Shown: positions 55,834 to 64,000 of the stretch, piece after piece
Numbering within the stretch: position 1 is the stretch's first letter
Layout of the letters: each line of letters starts with the position of its first letter
Source: Bacteroidota bacterium
GTDB lineage: Bacteria > Bacteroidota > Ignavibacteria > UBA10030 > UBA8401
Assembly (NCBI GenBank): GCA_040751955.1
Contig: JBFMFY010000007.1
Span: forward strand, 23,949 to 87,948
Reading direction: 5' to 3'
Length of the DNA: 64,000 nt
Position numbers and translations under genes: made by a program
The notes under the pieces: model-generated
Databases searched by the model: none
Seen by the model: the letters and a program-made list of their open reading frames with translations, nothing else
Told to the model about the DNA's origin: nothing

Positions 55834-58446
55834 ATGAAACGTTTTCTTACTGCTTTTATGTTGATGCTGCTTAGTACGGCAGCGAGCTTTGCGCAGACGG
55901 AAGATCCTTCGTTTAAATTGTTTGCGACGAGGGTTGATCTTACGGGCGAAGTAAAGCTGATCTGGACCACTCCCGCAGGCGCACCTGCAAATACTTCTTA
56001 CGAATTGTATCGCGCCAAAGTCTCAGACTCCACAACATTCACTTTGGTAACAACGATTTCCGATACTGTTTACATCGACAAAATCCCGACACCGATTACT
56101 ACGATATCGAATAGTTATGCGTACTATGTGTATGCAAAATTCAACGCAACGATTTTGAAAACGAATGTAATTATTCTCCCTGTTCCGGGAATACCGCCGA
56201 TCGGTTCATTCCGGTTGGAGGGTAAGATCGACAGCGGAAAAGTAAAACTTGTCTGGCAAAAACCACCGGTCGATGTCGCCGTTTCATATTATCTTGTCTT
56301 TCGCAGTATGGTATCGGGTGAAAACCCGGCGATTGTCCAAATTGACTCAACGGCAAATCAATGGTCAATTACAGACTTACCGCCGCTTCCGGCTATATTC
56401 GCCGATTGGAAATTTTACTTTATTGTGAAAGCCAAACTTGCTACAGGTGAAATTTTAACCAGCACTACTCTTCAGTTGACCTATTCTACAAGGCCGCCTC
56501 ATGACGATGTGAAATTTATTTCCATTCCTCCGAAGTACGGACAGGCAGGAAAGAAGTATGAATATACCGCCAAAGCTGTTTCATCAGACTCGTCTGCAGT
56601 TATTCGCTACTCCGGCTGGGCTAGCCAGGGATTGTTGAATGTCGTTGTTCCCGAATTCAAAATCGATTCCGTCACTGGTGTCGTTAATTGGACGCCGGCA
56701 TCGAAGGGATGGTATCACATCATCATCAATGCGAAATCGAATAAAGGGGGGCATGCAAAACAGGAATTTGCCGTTGCAATTACCGGCGGTAATGGCACTG
56801 TTCAGGGTAAAGTAACCGATACGATGAGCGCAGGTATTCCAAGAGTACTCATTGAAGCCTTTAAAGTGGAAAACAGCACTGTATTCTCATTTGCTTATTC
56901 CACATTGACCGATGAGAACGGAAACTATCGCATTGAACGGGTCGATCCCGGCTCATATAAACTGCGTGCGTCCGCACCGGGGCGGTATGAAAGCCAGTGG
57001 TATGACGGTGTGAAGGAAGCAGGGCAGGCAACTGTGATCTCTGTAGCAGATTCGCCCGCTGTGACTATCGCAAACTTTAAATTACGCGGTGGTGCCAATG
57101 TACGTCCAAAGGTGACTGTGTCGGGTTCAGTGAAAGATACGGCAGGATTTGCCATCGTTGACAGAAATTGCCGGGTGGTTTTTGTTCGTGCAGAGTTTGC
57201 GTTGAATTTTGGCGGCGGGTTGAACCTTTCCGGCGACAACATGCGGAAGTTTTTTGAGTTGAACATGCACGGCGATTTCCGACTTGAGGGAAATTCTGAA
57301 TATGTGTTCAAGACGAAGACCGATTCACTCGGGAATTACAAGATACAACTTCCGCACGGCGCGTATATTGCATTCGCTCGTGCAAAGGGATACGAGACTG
57401 AATTTTACAATGAACAGTCGAGCATTCTGACGGCGGATATCGTCAGAGTACCTGATCCGCGCATGCCTCCAATGGATCCACCGATTAATTTCACACTTGC
57501 ACCGTTGCCGCCGGTCGTTCTTGGCGAAATCAGCGGCGCAGTGATTGATTCTGTAAAAGATATTTTTGTTCCGGCGCGTGTGCTGGCAATCCGGGATGGC
57601 TGGAGATTCAACGACCACCATCGTGTTTCGCGTGTGTATGTTACGGATACGGATTCTACAGGGTATTACAAGTTCGAAGATCTGCTCCCCGGCACGTATG
57701 TGGTGATGGCTGTGCCGCTCGGAAACTATGCACCGGCATTTTATTCCCACGATACATCCAATATGAGATGGAAACGTGCAACAAAGATCGTCATCAACGG
57801 CAACAGCGTGGATGGAATAGATATTTACGTTCATCCGTTTGGTCCGTCTGCACAAGGGTACACCGGCATTGTTGGTACTGTTAACTATTCCAGCAGCATG
57901 GGTGGTGGAAATATGCAGGGTGGCGTAAAATCTGGTGCAGTCGTCTATGCGTATCGCGGCGGCGAGATTGCCGGATATGCCTTTACGAACGCAGAAGGTA
58001 ATTACGCGATCACAGGACTCTCTGCAGGATCGTACTCAGTGTTTGTTGACAAACCCGGCTACAATGAATCGGTTGTTGTCAATGCCGAGGCAGGATACAC
58101 TATCTCAGGAACACCAGTGAGCGGTACGGCAGACTTTATGCTGAGTCCAACAAGTGTCACTGTTGATCGTACGGTTCAACCGACTCAGTTTGTGCTCGAC
58201 CAGAATTATCCGAATCCGTTCAACCCGAATACCACAATCAGCTATTCGCTGCCGAATGCTGAGAATGTAACACTGAAAGTGTACGATCTTCTTGGTAAAG
58301 AGGTAACGACACTTGTCAGCGGCTACCAGCAATCGGGGAAATATACGGTGACGTTCAACGCGGCGCAGTTATCGAGCGGCGTCTATTTCTATCGGCTGGA
58401 ATTCGGAAAGAATACATTTGTTAAAAAAATGATCCTGATGAAATAA
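55834..58446 (+). CDS. Large secreted protein with FnIII/Ig-like and carboxypeptidase-regulatory-like repeats and a C-terminal T9SS (Por) sorting domain.
   Basis: An RBS gggagga lies upstream of ATG 55834. The signal peptide is 'MKRFLTAFMLMLLSTAASFAQ'. The C-terminus 'NYPNPFNPNTTISYSLP...VYFYRLEFGKNTFVKKMILMK' is a TIGR04183-type T9SS tail. Confidence 0.8.
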   Translation: MKRFLTAFMLMLLSTAASFAQTEDPSFKLFATRVDLTGEVKLIWTTPAGAPANTSYELYRAKVSDSTTFTLVTTISDTVYIDKIPTPITTISNSYAYYVYAKFNATILKTNVIILPVPGIPPIGSFRLEGKIDSGKVKLVWQKPPVDVAVSYYLVFRSMVSGENPAIVQIDSTANQWSITDLPPLPAIFADWKFYFIVKAKLATGEILTSTTLQLTYSTRPPHDDVKFISIPPKYGQAGKKYEYTAKAVSSDSSAVIRYSGWASQGLLNVVVPEFKIDSVTGVVNWTPASKGWYHIIINAKSNKGGHAKQEFAVAITGGNGTVQGKVTDTMSAGIPRVLIEAFKVENSTVFSFAYSTLTDENGNYRIERVDPGSYKLRASAPGRYESQWYDGVKEAGQATVISVADSPAVTIANFKLRGGANVRPKVTVSGSVKDTAGFAIVDRNCRVVFVRAEFALNFGGGLNLSGDNMRKFFELNMHGDFRLEGNSEYVFKTKTDSLGNYKIQLPHGAYIAFARAKGYETEFYNEQSSILTADIVRVPDPRMPPMDPPINFTLAPLPPVVLGEISGAVIDSVKDIFVPARVLAIRDGWRFNDHHRVSRVYVTDTDSTGYYKFEDLLPGTYVVMAVPLGNYAPAFYSHDTSNMRWKRATKIVINGNSVDGIDIYVHPFGPSAQGYTGIVGTVNYSSSMGGGNMQGGVKSGAVVYAYRGGEIAGYAFTNAEGNYAITGLSAGSYSVFVDKPGYNESVVVNAEAGYTISGTPVSGTADFMLSPTSVTVDRTVQPTQFVLDQNYPNPFNPNTTISYSLPNAENVTLKVYDLLGKEVTTLVSGYQQSGKYTVTFNAAQLSSGVYFYRLEFGKNTFVKKMILMK

Positions 58447-58473
58447 CAAGGAAGGGAAAATGCAGGAGAATAC

Positions 58474-58506
58474 AAAGGCGGACATTTGTCCGCCTTTGTT
58501 ATTTCA
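58474..58506 (+). terminator. Rho-independent terminator downstream of the T9SS cargo gene.
   Basis: The sequence is AAAGGCGGAC-attt-GTCCGCCTTT followed by GTTATTTC. Confidence 0.7.
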
Positions 58507-58657
58507 GTCAGTCGTTTGTAGGATTTTAACTGATATTCCATAGAAAATTATACCTGCAATTGAAGATGATGTTTGTTTCTATACCATGCATCGCATCGTT
58601 CTTCCGATAGTCCTCATTTTTTTGTATTTTACCGAAGCATAAAAATGAACGGACTCA

Positions 58658-60346
58658 ATGGAACCAAAAGAAAAATCAGATTTCATCCGCGATATCATCA
58701 ACGAAGATCTCAAGACAAATAAATTTCACGGCAGAGTACACACCCGCTTTCCCCCCGAACCGAACGGCTATTTGCATATCGGCCACGCAAAATCTATCTG
58801 CCTGAACAACGGATTGGCAAAGGATTACAACGGCAAGTTCAATCTCCGGTTCGACGATACCAATCCGGAAAAAGAAGAACAGGAATATGTCGATTCTATT
58901 ATAGATGACGTGCGATGGCTCGGCGGAAATTTTGAAGATCGTATCCTTTTCGCTTCCGATTATTTCAGCAAGATGTACGAATGGGCTGTCGCGCTCGTGA
59001 AGAAAGGGAAAGCGTATGTTTGCGATCTTACAGCGGATCAAGTGCGCGAAATGCGAGGTACGTTGACAGAACCGGGAAAAGAGAGTCCGTACAGGAATCG
59101 GAGCGTTGAAGAGAATCTCGACCTGCTCGATAGAATGCGGAAAGGGGAATTTCCTGACGGATCAAAAACACTCCGCGCAAAGATCGATATGGCGTCGCCG
59201 AACCTGAACCTGCGAGATCCGATCATGTACCGCATCGTGCATGCGGAACATCATCGTCAGGGAAACCGGTGGTGCATCTATCCCACGTACGACTGGGCAC
59301 ACGGGCTGGAAGATTCGATCGAAGGGATCACCCATTCCATTTGCACGCTGGAGTTTGAGAATCACCGCCCGCTGTATGACTGGTTCCTTGACGAATTGGG
59401 AATTTACCATCCGCAGCAGATAGAGTTTGCGCGGTTAAATTTAAGTTACACCGTGCTGAGCAAACGCAAGCTCCTCCGCCTCGTGCAGGAAAAGCATGTC
59501 TCCGGATGGGATGATCCGCGCATGCCGACGATTGCAGGTTACCGCCGCCGCGGTTACACGTCTGAAGCGATCCAGAATTTTTGCGACATCATCGGCGTTG
59601 CTCGTCGTGATAGCGTCATCGATGTTGCGCTGCTGGAATATTCCATCCGTGAAGATCTTAACAAACGTGCACAGCGTGCCATGGCTGTCCTTCATCCGTT
59701 GAAAGTTGTCATCACAAATTACCCTGAAGGGAAAACAGAAGAACTGGATGCTGTGAACAACCCCGAGGATGAATCGGCGGGAATTCGTAAAATTCCGTTT
59801 GGAAGAGAGATGTATATCGAGCAGGACGATTTCCGCGAAGTACCGCCGCCGAAGTATTACCGTCTCTCACCCGGAACAGAAGTACGGCTTCGTTATGCGT
59901 ACATCATCAAGTGTGAAAAAGTGGTGAAGGATGAAAAAGGAAATATCGTTGAACTTCATTGCACGTACGATCCCGAAACACGAAGCGGTATGCCGAATGC
60001 GAACAGAAAAGTAAAGTCAACGATCCACTGGGTTTCAGCGCAGCATGCAGTTGATGCGGAAGTGAGGTTGTACGATCGGTTATTCATCAAAGAGAACCCT
60101 GATGATGTTGATGAGGGGAAGGATTTTCTCTCCAACCTTAATCCCAACTCGCTGCAGATCCTTTCACGATGTAAAGTGGAACCGATGCTGGGGAACGCAA
60201 AACCGGGAGATCGGTTTCAGTTCGAGCGGATGGGATATTTTGCTGTTGATACAAAAGAGAGCAGTCCGTCATATCTTGTCTTTAACCGCATCGTAACACT
60301 CAAAGATGCGTGGGCGAAAATTGAACAAAAAGGTGAGAAGAAATAG
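58658..60346 (+). CDS. glnS: Glutaminyl-tRNA synthetase.
   Basis: The HIGH motif is '[21 protein letters not shown]' and the KMSKS-type motif is 'VLSKRK'. The 562-aa length is typical. Confidence 0.92.
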   Translation: MEPKEKSDFIRDIINEDLKTNKFHGRVHTRFPPEPNGYLHIGHAKSICLNNGLAKDYNGKFNLRFDDTNPEKEEQEYVDSIIDDVRWLGGNFEDRILFASDYFSKMYEWAVALVKKGKAYVCDLTADQVREMRGTLTEPGKESPYRNRSVEENLDLLDRMRKGEFPDGSKTLRAKIDMASPNLNLRDPIMYRIVHAEHHRQGNRWCIYPTYDWAHGLEDSIEGITHSICTLEFENHRPLYDWFLDELGIYHPQQIEFARLNLSYTVLSKRKLLRLVQEKHVSGWDDPRMPTIAGYRRRGYTSEAIQNFCDIIGVARRDSVIDVALLEYSIREDLNKRAQRAMAVLHPLKVVITNYPEGKTEELDAVNNPEDESAGIRKIPFGREMYIEQDDFREVPPPKYYRLSPGTEVRLRYAYIIKCEKVVKDEKGNIVELHCTYDPETRSGMPNANRKVKSTIHWVSAQHAVDAEVRLYDRLFIKENPDDVDEGKDFLSNLNPNSLQILSRCKVEPMLGNAKPGDRFQFERMGYFAVDTKESSPSYLVFNRIVTLKDAWAKIEQKGEKK

Positions 60347-60384
60347 TGCAATCATTTTTTCTTTAGTACTTGATTTCACGATAC

Positions 60385-60410
60385 ACCCCGCATCTGCGGG
60401 GTTTTTATTT
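60385..60410 (+). terminator. Rho-independent terminator after glnS.
   Basis: The sequence is CCCCGC-atct-GCGGGG followed by TTTTTATTT. Confidence 0.7.
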
Positions 60411-60450
60411 GATTCTCGATAGCACAGTCGTTATTTTCTTCAACGCCATG

Positions 60451-63400
60451 ATGAAATTTTACTATAGAACAATCTCCGCGGTGTTACTCGTTTTGCATCC
60501 CATGCTTGCACAAATCACCGGCAAGCTGACGATTGATGACGGTCTTTCTCAAAACTACATTTACGATATCCTTCTGGACCGGCGTGGATTTCTCTGGTTC
60601 GGCACGAAAGAAGGATTGAACCGATACGACGGTTATTCGTTTGTGGTGTACAGGAACGATCCTCTGGACCCACACTCGTTATCGAATAATACAGTTACCT
60701 CATTACACGAAGACAACGCCGGTGGATTGTGGGTAGGGACAATCTCCGGCGGATTGAACAGATTTGACCGGTCAACGGAGACATTCAGTAGAATCAAACT
60801 CCAGCAGTCGCACCGTTTTACCGAATCAATCGATAACATTACAGCAATCTTTTCTGATTCAGACAGTATGGTGTGGATCGGCACACACGGCAGCGGTTTA
60901 TTCCGGTACGATCCGCAAAGGAGGGAAGTAAAGAGATTTTTTCCCGATTCGGTGCAACGCGGCGGGGTGTTATTCAACAGCGGCATTGCCGATATTTCGG
61001 AATGGGACGGGATGATGTGGATCGCAACAAACAGCGCTGTTTCATCCTTCGATCTGCAAACGGAAAAAAAAACGACGTACGTTCATCCAAAGATCACTCC
61101 TCGAAACGGCATAACGACGTTGTTTAAAACATCCCGCAATGAACTGCTGGTGGCTCATAGAAACGGCGTCGATCGGTTTGACGGCAAAAATTTTAATCCG
61201 GTGTTTACCGCTAACGACTCCAATCAGATGTACTGGACGAGCCGTATTCGGGAAGACCGGGAAGGAAATCTCTGGTTTGCTACCATGCGGCGTATTGTCA
61301 AATACGAACCACATAAAAAACAATTTACTGAGATCGCTTCGATCAGCGACGAACGGTTTACTCGTGGATTTTGTATCGATTCATCGAACGTTGTTTGGTG
61401 CGGGACAACGGGTTGGGGTGTGTATATCAGCAATCAAAATGTCAGACGGTTCGGTGCCATGCAGGGGAATTTTTTGTCTGAAGTGTTCGGGAAGGAAATT
61501 TCTCTCGTGCACCGATTCATTCAAAAGAAGAACATTACTGCTGATATTTCGTTTTCACTTCGCGGCGGTATGTTTCCTTCCTGCATTCATGACCGTGCCG
61601 GGAATGCGTGGCTGCTCACCAATGTAGGTCTGTTTTTCCACAAGAAAGATTCCGCTGATGTACGTCTTATTTCTACCACACCCCGTCAATACAACTCTAT
61701 GCCCGCGTGGTCAACAAGCCGTGTGTATGAAGACCGGGAGGGAGAAATCTGGATCGGCACGGTTGGCGGCATCAGCAAATTAAACAAACCCACGTACACA
61801 TTTGAGTATTACAGAATATATCCCGGTCAGGAAATTTCGAGCGATGACCTGAACCTGTCATCGTACAAAGATATTACCGCCATATTTCAGGATAAACGCG
61901 GCATGGTATGGATAGGAACTCCGGCGAACGGTTTGTTTCGGTTGGATCCCGCAACGAATGAGATACACAATTTTGTGAATCGCGATGGCGACCTGCGTTC
62001 ACTCAGCAGCAACCATGTGCTTTCCATTTGTGAAGACCCGTTTGCACCGGATTCAATATTGTGGATCGGAACAGACGGCGGCGGGTTGAACCGCTTCAAC
62101 GTTCACACAGGAACATTTTCATCATTCACGCAGAGAAACAATTTTCCGAATAATGTCGCCTACGGTATTCTGACGGATAAAAATAATTTTTTTTGGATCA
62201 GCACGAACTTTGGATTAATTAAAATGAATCCGAAGACGTACGAATGGAAACAGTACGATGTTCATGACGGTTTGCAAAGCAATGAATTCAACCGGAACGA
62301 ATTTTATAAAGCCCCGGAAGGGAAAATGTACTTCGGCGGAATTTACGGTTACAACGGTTTTTTTCCTGAAACAATATACGATAATCCGGTAGTACCGCAT
62401 GTTGTACTGACTGAATTCAGCATTTTCAACAAGACGATCACCCATTCCTCGAAACAGTCGCCACTGAGGATGTCTATTTCGGAAACGCGAAGTATTACCC
62501 TGGAGTATTCGCAGAATATGTTTACTCTTGAATTTGCAGCGCTTGAGTTTTCTGCGCCGTTAAAAAATAAGTACGCGTACAAACTGGAGGGATTCAATGA
62601 TGATTGGATTTATTCCGGAACGCAGCGGCAGGCAACGTACACCAATCTCGACCCCGGTGAATATACGTTCCGTGTTAAAGCATCGAACGGTGACGGTGTG
62701 TGGAACGACAAGGGAACATCCCTCGCCATCACAATCCTCCCGCCATTTTATATGACGTGGTGGTTCCGCGGAATTGTCATCCTGTTTTTCGCTGCGGCAG
62801 GTCCGTCTGTATATTTCCTCCGCGTCAATCAATTGAAACGGGAACAGAAACGCCAGCATGAAGTTTCGCAGATGTTGATCGAAAGTCAGGAACAAGAGCG
62901 CAAACGGATTGCGCAGGAAATGCACGACTCTCTCGGACAGGAACTATTGGTGATAAAAAATCGAGCGGTGATGGGGTTGAAAACGGCATCGGCAGAATCC
63001 AGAGAGAAAAAACAATTGGAGCAAATTTCGGACGGCGCAACGAATGTTCTCAAACTCGTCCGAACAATTTCACACAATCTTCGTCCGCCTGAACTGGACC
63101 GTTTAGGTTTAACCGAAACAATTCGCTCTATTCTATTGACTATTCGCGATGCAACGAGTAAGACGCTGCATGCTGAAATCGATACAATCGATGGTCTCAT
63201 AGAAAAAGAAAACGAGATCAATCTGATTCGGATCCTTCAGGAAGCAGTGAGCAATATTGAGAAGCACTCCGGCGCAACGGAAATTACTGTTCACTTGAAA
63301 ATCGAACAACCGAATATTAATCTCTTACTTAAAGACAACGGCAGAGGATTTGCCGTTGATGCGGTAAAACATGGCATCGGCTTGGCGGGAATTTCAGAAC

Positions 63401-63498
63401 GGGTTCGTATATTGCACGGAACGCTTGCAATTACTTCAGCGCCTGCTGAAGGAACCACGTTGTCCATTACAATACCAATCTACCATAGCAATGGCTGA
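60451..63498 (+). CDS. Sensor histidine kinase with periplasmic two-component-regulator beta-propeller repeats and a Y_Y_Y domain, one TM segment, HisKA_3 and HATPase_c (NarX/DesK-type, partner of a LuxR-family response regulator).
   Basis: The signal is 'MKFYYRTISAVLLVLHPMLAQ'. The sequence has repeated 'W(I/F)GT..GL.R(F/Y)D' propeller blades and a TM segment 'WWFRGIVILFFAAAG'. The H-box is 'HDSLGQELLVIKN', and 'GIGLAGISERVRILHGTL' is present. Confidence 0.85.
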   Translation: MKFYYRTISAVLLVLHPMLAQITGKLTIDDGLSQNYIYDILLDRRGFLWFGTKEGLNRYDGYSFVVYRNDPLDPHSLSNNTVTSLHEDNAGGLWVGTISGGLNRFDRSTETFSRIKLQQSHRFTESIDNITAIFSDSDSMVWIGTHGSGLFRYDPQRREVKRFFPDSVQRGGVLFNSGIADISEWDGMMWIATNSAVSSFDLQTEKKTTYVHPKITPRNGITTLFKTSRNELLVAHRNGVDRFDGKNFNPVFTANDSNQMYWTSRIREDREGNLWFATMRRIVKYEPHKKQFTEIASISDERFTRGFCIDSSNVVWCGTTGWGVYISNQNVRRFGAMQGNFLSEVFGKEISLVHRFIQKKNITADISFSLRGGMFPSCIHDRAGNAWLLTNVGLFFHKKDSADVRLISTTPRQYNSMPAWSTSRVYEDREGEIWIGTVGGISKLNKPTYTFEYYRIYPGQEISSDDLNLSSYKDITAIFQDKRGMVWIGTPANGLFRLDPATNEIHNFVNRDGDLRSLSSNHVLSICEDPFAPDSILWIGTDGGGLNRFNVHTGTFSSFTQRNNFPNNVAYGILTDKNNFFWISTNFGLIKMNPKTYEWKQYDVHDGLQSNEFNRNEFYKAPEGKMYFGGIYGYNGFFPETIYDNPVVPHVVLTEFSIFNKTITHSSKQSPLRMSISETRSITLEYSQNMFTLEFAALEFSAPLKNKYAYKLEGFNDDWIYSGTQRQATYTNLDPGEYTFRVKASNGDGVWNDKGTSLAITILPPFYMTWWFRGIVILFFAAAGPSVYFLRVNQLKREQKRQHEVSQMLIESQEQERKRIAQEMHDSLGQELLVIKNRAVMGLKTASAESREKKQLEQISDGATNVLKLVRTISHNLRPPELDRLGLTETIRSILLTIRDATSKTLHAEIDTIDGLIEKENEINLIRILQEAVSNIEKHSGATEITVHLKIEQPNINLLLKDNGRGFAVDAVKHGIGLAGISERVRILHGTLAITSAPAEGTTLSITIPIYHSNG

Positions 63499-64000
63499 AC
63501 AAGAAAAAAAAATATCCGTTGTGCTTGCCGATGATCACCCGCTGATGCGCAGGGGATTGAAAGAGATGATTGAAGAGGAATCCGGTTTTACTATCGTCGC
63601 GCAAACAAATAATGGCGAAAGCGCGCTTTCACTTATCGAACAGTTGCAGCCAACGATCGCCGTTCTTGATATTGATATGCCGAAAATGAGCGGATTGGAA
63701 GTTGCACAAGCGGTTCAAAAAAAGAAGATTCCAACAAAAATAATTTTTTTGACGATGTACGATAAAGAGAATATCTTTACGAAAGCGATAGAAATCGGAG
63801 TGATGGGGTATGTGCTGAAAGAAAGCGCAGCGACAGAGATTGTTGAAGCACTGCAATGCGTCAGCGAAGGAAAACATTTTATTACCCCTGCACTTTCAGG
63901 GCTGCTGGTAAAGCGGTCCGCGCTATCAGATCACCATGCGGAAGAAGTTCTATCCCTTTCACAATTGACACCCACAGAACGGAAAATTCTTTCATTGGTC
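63491..64000 (+). CDS. LuxR/NarL family response regulator (REC plus HTH), 3' end outside the window.
   Basis: The N-terminal REC starts 'ISVVLADDHPLMRRGLKEMI'. 'LTPTERKIL' is the start of the LuxR HTH. The ATG overlaps the kinase stop. Confidence 0.8.
   Translation, partial: MAEQEKKISVVLADDHPLMRRGLKEMIEEESGFTIVAQTNNGESALSLIEQLQPTIAVLDIDMPKMSGLEVAQAVQKKKIPTKIIFLTMYDKENIFTKAIEIGVMGYVLKESAATEIVEALQCVSEGKHFITPALSGLLVKRSALSDHHAEEVLSLSQLTPTERKILSLV

Overview
This 64-kb window looks like a chromosomal region from an FCB-group bacterium (Bacteroidota/Ignavibacteriota/Chlorobiota-like), judged from a T9SS C-terminal sorting domain and the 'IPAFAGMT'-type palindromic repeat family. All calls are from reading the sequence and ORF track; no searches were run.

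Layout from 5' to 3':
1. 9-13182 (+): an ABC-transporter-type glycan utilisation cluster. It holds a GH2 gene, an esterase, a GH3 beta-glucosidase, a solute-binding protein, two permeases and a large secreted (alpha/alpha)6-like hydrolase.
2. 13339-24675 (+): a complete C5-pathway heme operon, HemX-like-hemA-hemC-hemD-hemE-hemN-hemH-hemY-hemB-hemL, followed by a convergent tRNA-Glu(CUC).
3. 24942-31888 (-): a TetR-regulated RND efflux operon (TolC-like, membrane fusion protein, pump).
4. 32372-41192 (-): a cluster for a B12/PLP-dependent aminomutase pathway. In gene order on the minus strand it holds a sodium:solute symporter, a GntR regulator, a diaminopimelate-dehydrogenase-like gene, a small protein, a SelA-like PLP enzyme, a second small protein, a fused B12-binding/KamD-OraE-like aminomutase and a P-loop NTPase.
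5. 41338-48821 (+): two very large, translationally coupled PAS-rich sensor kinases.
6. 48825-64000 (+): a YfcH-type epimerase, two lipoproteins, a sigma-54 activator, a GxxExxY nuclease-fold cassette, a Ser/Thr kinase, a T9SS-secreted protein with an RpoN-type promoter, glnS, and a beta-propeller sensor kinase with a LuxR-type regulator (partial).

The most unusual content is three small endonuclease-fold gene cassettes, each bracketed by inverted repeats or GC-rich hairpins: two DUF559 and one GxxExxY. One DUF559 cassette sits in-frame inside the GH2 gene. The window also carries a family of about ten nested-palindrome elements. One of these lies in-frame inside the P-loop gene, and another supplies the start codon of the tolC-like gene.
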